Positions 61,083-64,000 of a stretch of 64,000 nucleotides of DNA are shown in pieces. Within the stretch, counting starts at the first letter, position 1; every line of letters starts with the position of its first letter. A model generated the notes under the pieces. The model saw only the letters and a program-made list of their open reading frames with translations, searched no databases and was not told the origin of the DNA. Origin of the DNA: an uncultured candidatus Porisulfidus sp. (GTDB lineage: Bacteria > Pseudomonadota > Gammaproteobacteria > Poriferisulfidales > Oxydemutatoraceae); the NCBI GenBank assembly GCA_965215125.1, contig OZ244052.1, positions 512,001 to 576,000 on the forward strand, written 5' to 3'. The translations under genes and the position numbers were made by a program.

Positions 61083-61481
61083 TTATTCCACCACGCATAA
61101 AATTTCACCGCCGCATTTGATCGCTTTTGCTTTCTTGCCGCTGATTACGCCTTTAGAAGTAGAACAAATCACCGTCCCCATACCTCCCATTATTTGAGGG
61201 AAGTCGTCGACCCGTCTATAAAGCCTAAGCCCCGGACGGCTGACGCGCCGTATCTTCGATATGACCGGTTTGCCTTTATAGTACTTAAGTTCTATCGTTA
61301 ATTCCTTTTTATCCATAGCTTGAGTATCTTCGCGATACCCCTTGATATAGCCCTCTTCGTGTAACACCTTGGCGATAGCACATTTCAATTTGGAACTCGG
61401 CATGCTCACCGTTGCTTTGGCTCTCGCCTGTGCGTTCCTGATGCGGCTCAGCATATCGGCAATCGGATCACTCATACTCAT
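61083..61481 (-). CDS. rpsH: 30S ribosomal protein S8
   Basis: DPIADML.RIRNA, STSKG, GGE. Confidence 0.97.
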   Translation of the reverse strand: MSMSDPIADMLSRIRNAQARAKATVSMPSSKLKCAIAKVLHEEGYIKGYREDTQAMDKKELTIELKYYKGKPVISKIRRVSRPGLRLYRRVDDFPQIMGGMGTVICSTSKGVISGKKAKAIKCGGEILCVVE

Positions 61482-61499
61482 TACATCAACCTCGCTATA

Positions 61500-61805
61500 T
61501 CACCAACTGGATTTCATTAAACCGGGTATATAACCCAGCATTGCGTATTCGCGCAGTTTGTTGCGCCCTAAACCGAATTTGCGGTAGTAGCCCTTGGGAC
61601 GTCCGGTGATACGGCAACGGTTGCGCATTCTGGATGGACTTGAATTGCGCGGCAATTTCTGCATTGCAACGACTGCTTCGGCTTTCTCATGCGCAGGCGT
61701 ATGTGGACTTTTGATCTTTTGCCTCAATTCGTCGCGACGCGCTTTATACTTCTGAACCGTCAACTTACGCTTCTTTTCTCGTTCTATCATACATACTTTA
61801 GCCAT
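61500..61805 (-). CDS. rpsN: 30S ribosomal protein S14 (long type)
   Basis: LPRNSSP.R.RNRC..TGRP, KSSW. Confidence 0.97.
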   Translation of the reverse strand: MAKVCMIEREKKRKLTVQKYKARRDELRQKIKSPHTPAHEKAEAVVAMQKLPRNSSPSRMRNRCRITGRPKGYYRKFGLGRNKLREYAMLGYIPGLMKSSW

Positions 61806-61810
61806 TGTTT

Positions 61811-62353
61811 CTAATCCTTAAACGGGAAATTAAATGCCGAAAGCAGATGCTTGGCTTCCTCGTCGGTATCGGCACTCGTCGTAATTGCGATGTCTAAACC
61901 ACTAATTTTGCTGATTTTGTCAAAATCAATCTCGGGGAAAACAATCTGCTCTTTAATCCCCATATTAAAGTTGCCGCGCCCGTCAAAAGCCCTGGAACCG
62001 AACCCTCTGAAGTCTCTGATTCTGGGGATTGCGATATTAACCAAACGTTCAAAAAAGTCATACATCATGTTACGACGCAAGGTAACCATGCAACCTATAG
62101 GCCACCCTTCGCGTATGCCGAAACCGGCAATTGCCTTGCGCGCCTTCGTCACCACCGCCCGTTGCCCGGAGATCAATGCCATTTCTTCTTGTGCGACTTT
62201 GAGGTTGCTCTTGTCTTTAGCCGAATCACCCAAGCCCATATTCAAAGTGATTTTGACCAATCGGGGTACCGCCATAGGGTTTGTATATCCCGGGGTCTCC
62301 ATCAACTGTTTGACAACCGTCTGTTTATAAAACTCAGCCATGCGCGACATCAA
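61811..62353 (-). CDS. rplE: 50S ribosomal protein L5
   Basis: [22 protein letters not shown]. Confidence 0.97.
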   Translation of the reverse strand: MMSRMAEFYKQTVVKQLMETPGYTNPMAVPRLVKITLNMGLGDSAKDKSNLKVAQEEMALISGQRAVVTKARKAIAGFGIREGWPIGCMVTLRRNMMYDFFERLVNIAIPRIRDFRGFGSRAFDGRGNFNMGIKEQIVFPEIDFDKISKISGLDIAITTSADTDEEAKHLLSAFNFPFKD

Positions 62354-62667
62354 TCTATCTCCTGGTCGCTACGCTTAAAATAGCGTACTTTCTTGCCGTC
62401 TTCCTTGATCCTGAAACCGACACGCTCGCCTTTATTGGTTTTTGCGTTGTACAGCATTACATTGGATATATGCAAGGGGCTCTCTTTCTCTACGATGCCG
62501 CCTTGCTCGCCTTTATCGGGATTCGGCCGCACCATTTTCTTGACGATATTGACATTTTCCACCAACACCGTGTCGTCCGCAGACATGATGCGTAATACTC
62601 TTCCTTGTTGACCTTTACTTCTACCGGAAATCACGGTCACTTGATCTCCTTTGCGTATTTTTTTCAT
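62350..62667 (-). CDS. rplX: 50S ribosomal protein L24
   Basis: KIRKGD.V.VI.G..KG, E.PLH.SNV. Confidence 0.97.
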   Translation of the reverse strand: MKKIRKGDQVTVISGRSKGQQGRVLRIMSADDTVLVENVNIVKKMVRPNPDKGEQGGIVEKESPLHISNVMLYNAKTNKGERVGFRIKEDGKKVRYFKRSDQEID

Positions 62668-62676
62668 TTACTATAC

Positions 62677-63045
62677 TCACAAAACTTCCGGTGCTAAAGA
62701 AATAATCTTCATAAATTTTTCGGTGCGTAATTCTCGGGTCACCGGCCCGAAGATACGCGTGCCTATAATCTGCATCTGATTATCCAAAAGCACTGCTGCG
62801 TTGGTATCAAAGCGCACTAAAGAACCGTCGGCGCGCCGCACACCTTTACAGGTGCGCACTATAACCGCGCTATAAACTTCGCCTTTTTTGACTCTGCCGC
62901 GTGGAATCGCTTCCTTTACGCTCACCTTGACTACATCGCCCACATTCGCATATCGGCGACGCGATCCTCCCAGAACTTTGATACATTGTAGTTTTCTTGC
63001 ACCACTATTATCGGCTACTTTCAAAAAAGTCTCAACCTGTATCAT
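62677..63045 (-). CDS. rplN: 50S ribosomal protein L14
   Basis: [26 protein letters not shown]. Confidence 0.98.
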   Translation of the reverse strand: MIQVETFLKVADNSGARKLQCIKVLGGSRRRYANVGDVVKVSVKEAIPRGRVKKGEVYSAVIVRTCKGVRRADGSLVRFDTNAAVLLDNQMQIIGTRIFGPVTRELRTEKFMKIISLAPEVL

Positions 63046-63353
63046 GTTTCAGCCTCTGCGCCTTGCTCTTGCAAGGTTTCCGCGGGGGTGTCGCCGGACC
63101 CACGCCGCACGATCTCTACAAGACGCCACGCCTTCGTTTTAGATTTACGCGGACTTGCGATAATTTTAACCAAATCACCGACCTGTCCTTCGTTGGCTTC
63201 GTCGTGTACATGCAACTTGCCGGATCGGGTAATATATTTTCCGTAGGTCGGGTGACGTAGCTGGCGTTCAATCATCACGATCACCGTCTTATCGGAACTT
63301 TTTTTGACGATGTTGCAGATTATAAAATGTTTTGTTTTCTGTTCGCCACTCAC
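63042..63353 (-). CDS. rpsQ: 30S ribosomal protein S17
   Basis: HP.YGKY, HDE.N, SKTK.W. Confidence 0.95.
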   Translation of the reverse strand: MSGEQKTKHFIICNIVKKSSDKTVIVMIERQLRHPTYGKYITRSGKLHVHDEANEGQVGDLVKIIASPRKSKTKAWRLVEIVRRGSGDTPAETLQEQGAEAET

Positions 63354-63550
63354 GACTGCTCCTTTTCTTTTTGCCTTAGCAAAGTCTTGATACGCGCAAT
63401 ATCGCGCCTATAACTCTTAAAGCGGCTACATTGGGCACTGTTACGGTCTCGTCCTTGTAGCTCCAGCTTGAGCTTTTTCTCTACAAGTTCTCTTAAATCC
63501 ACTTGTAGATCTTCCGGGGTCTTGTTGAGTAATTTAGAGTATTTCATCAC
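63350..63550 (-). CDS. rpmC: 50S ribosomal protein L29
   Basis: RRDIARIKT; position between rplP and rpsQ. Confidence 0.9.
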   Translation of the reverse strand: MMKYSKLLNKTPEDLQVDLRELVEKKLKLELQGRDRNSAQCSRFKSYRRDIARIKTLLRQKEKEQS

Positions 63551-63960
63551 ATAATCACCCGACTGGTAAAAGTGGTGCGTATAGGCAACTTGGATCCTGC
63601 CAGCTTAAAGGCTTCGCGTGCGATATCCTCCGGAACACCTTCTATTTCATAAAGCATCTTGCCGGGCTTGATCAGTGCCACCCAATATTCAACATTTCCT
63701 TTGCCTTTACCTTGTCTTACTTCTAAAGGCTTTTTGGTAATCGGTTTATCGGGAAATATACGAATCCAAATCTTGCCTCTGCGTTTGACATAGCGCGTCA
63801 TCGCCCGACGCGCAGCTTCTATTTGCCGCGATGTGATGCGGCCGCGGGTAGTCGCTTTCAGGCCGAATTCACCGAAGCTGACTTTGTTGCCGTTGACTGC
63901 CAAACCTCTGTTGCGGCCTTTTTGCTGTTTCCTATATTTAGTTTTATTCGGTTGTAACAT
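63547..63960 (-). CDS. rplP: 50S ribosomal protein L16
   Basis: [26 protein letters not shown]. Confidence 0.98.
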   Translation of the reverse strand: MLQPNKTKYRKQQKGRNRGLAVNGNKVSFGEFGLKATTRGRITSRQIEAARRAMTRYVKRRGKIWIRIFPDKPITKKPLEVRQGKGKGNVEYWVALIKPGKMLYEIEGVPEDIAREAFKLAGSKLPIRTTFTSRVIM

Positions 63961-64000
63961 TTCTCTTGAGGCTCAAGCCGGTCAACCGGCTACGCCTATC

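Noticed and set aside
63961-64000. 3' end of rpsC
   Set aside because: Expected by synteny, but 40 bp is too little to assign a frame

Overview
Chromosomal segment of a gammaproteobacterium, judged from the mreBCD, gyrA-serC-pheA, comEC, kdsD-yrbG-tldD-pmbA and S10-tail/spc/alpha ribosomal genes. The TPR expansion, Rpn nucleases, AAA/DUF4143 ATPases and eukaryote-like glycosyltransferases suggest a host-associated symbiont (inference). Housekeeping blocks at 1.5-13 kb, 28-33 kb and 54.7-64 kb flank several accessory regions. (i) A probable Fur-controlled iron-uptake operon encodes a porin, an FMN-binding protein, a PepSY-TM protein and a P19-like protein. (ii) An uncharacterised 5-gene operon encodes a MotA/ExbB-like channel, two MotB/ExbD-like bitopic proteins, an unannotated 54-aa cationic Gly-rich peptide and a membrane-anchored double FGE/C-type-lectin-fold protein. 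(iii) A ~21-kb REP-rich island between pmbA and rplQ holds four TPR gene cassettes, each with its own promoter, plus an AAA-nuclease, two Rpn genes with putative internal small-protein starts, Mrr with a Type III R-M system, and an intact IS1111-type IS110 element. That IS sits in the GTAG of a REP, and its 3' non-coding region carries visible target/donor guide-like matches (bridge/seek RNA). No rRNA, tRNA or CRISPR array was found. All calls come from reading the sequence; no database searches were run.
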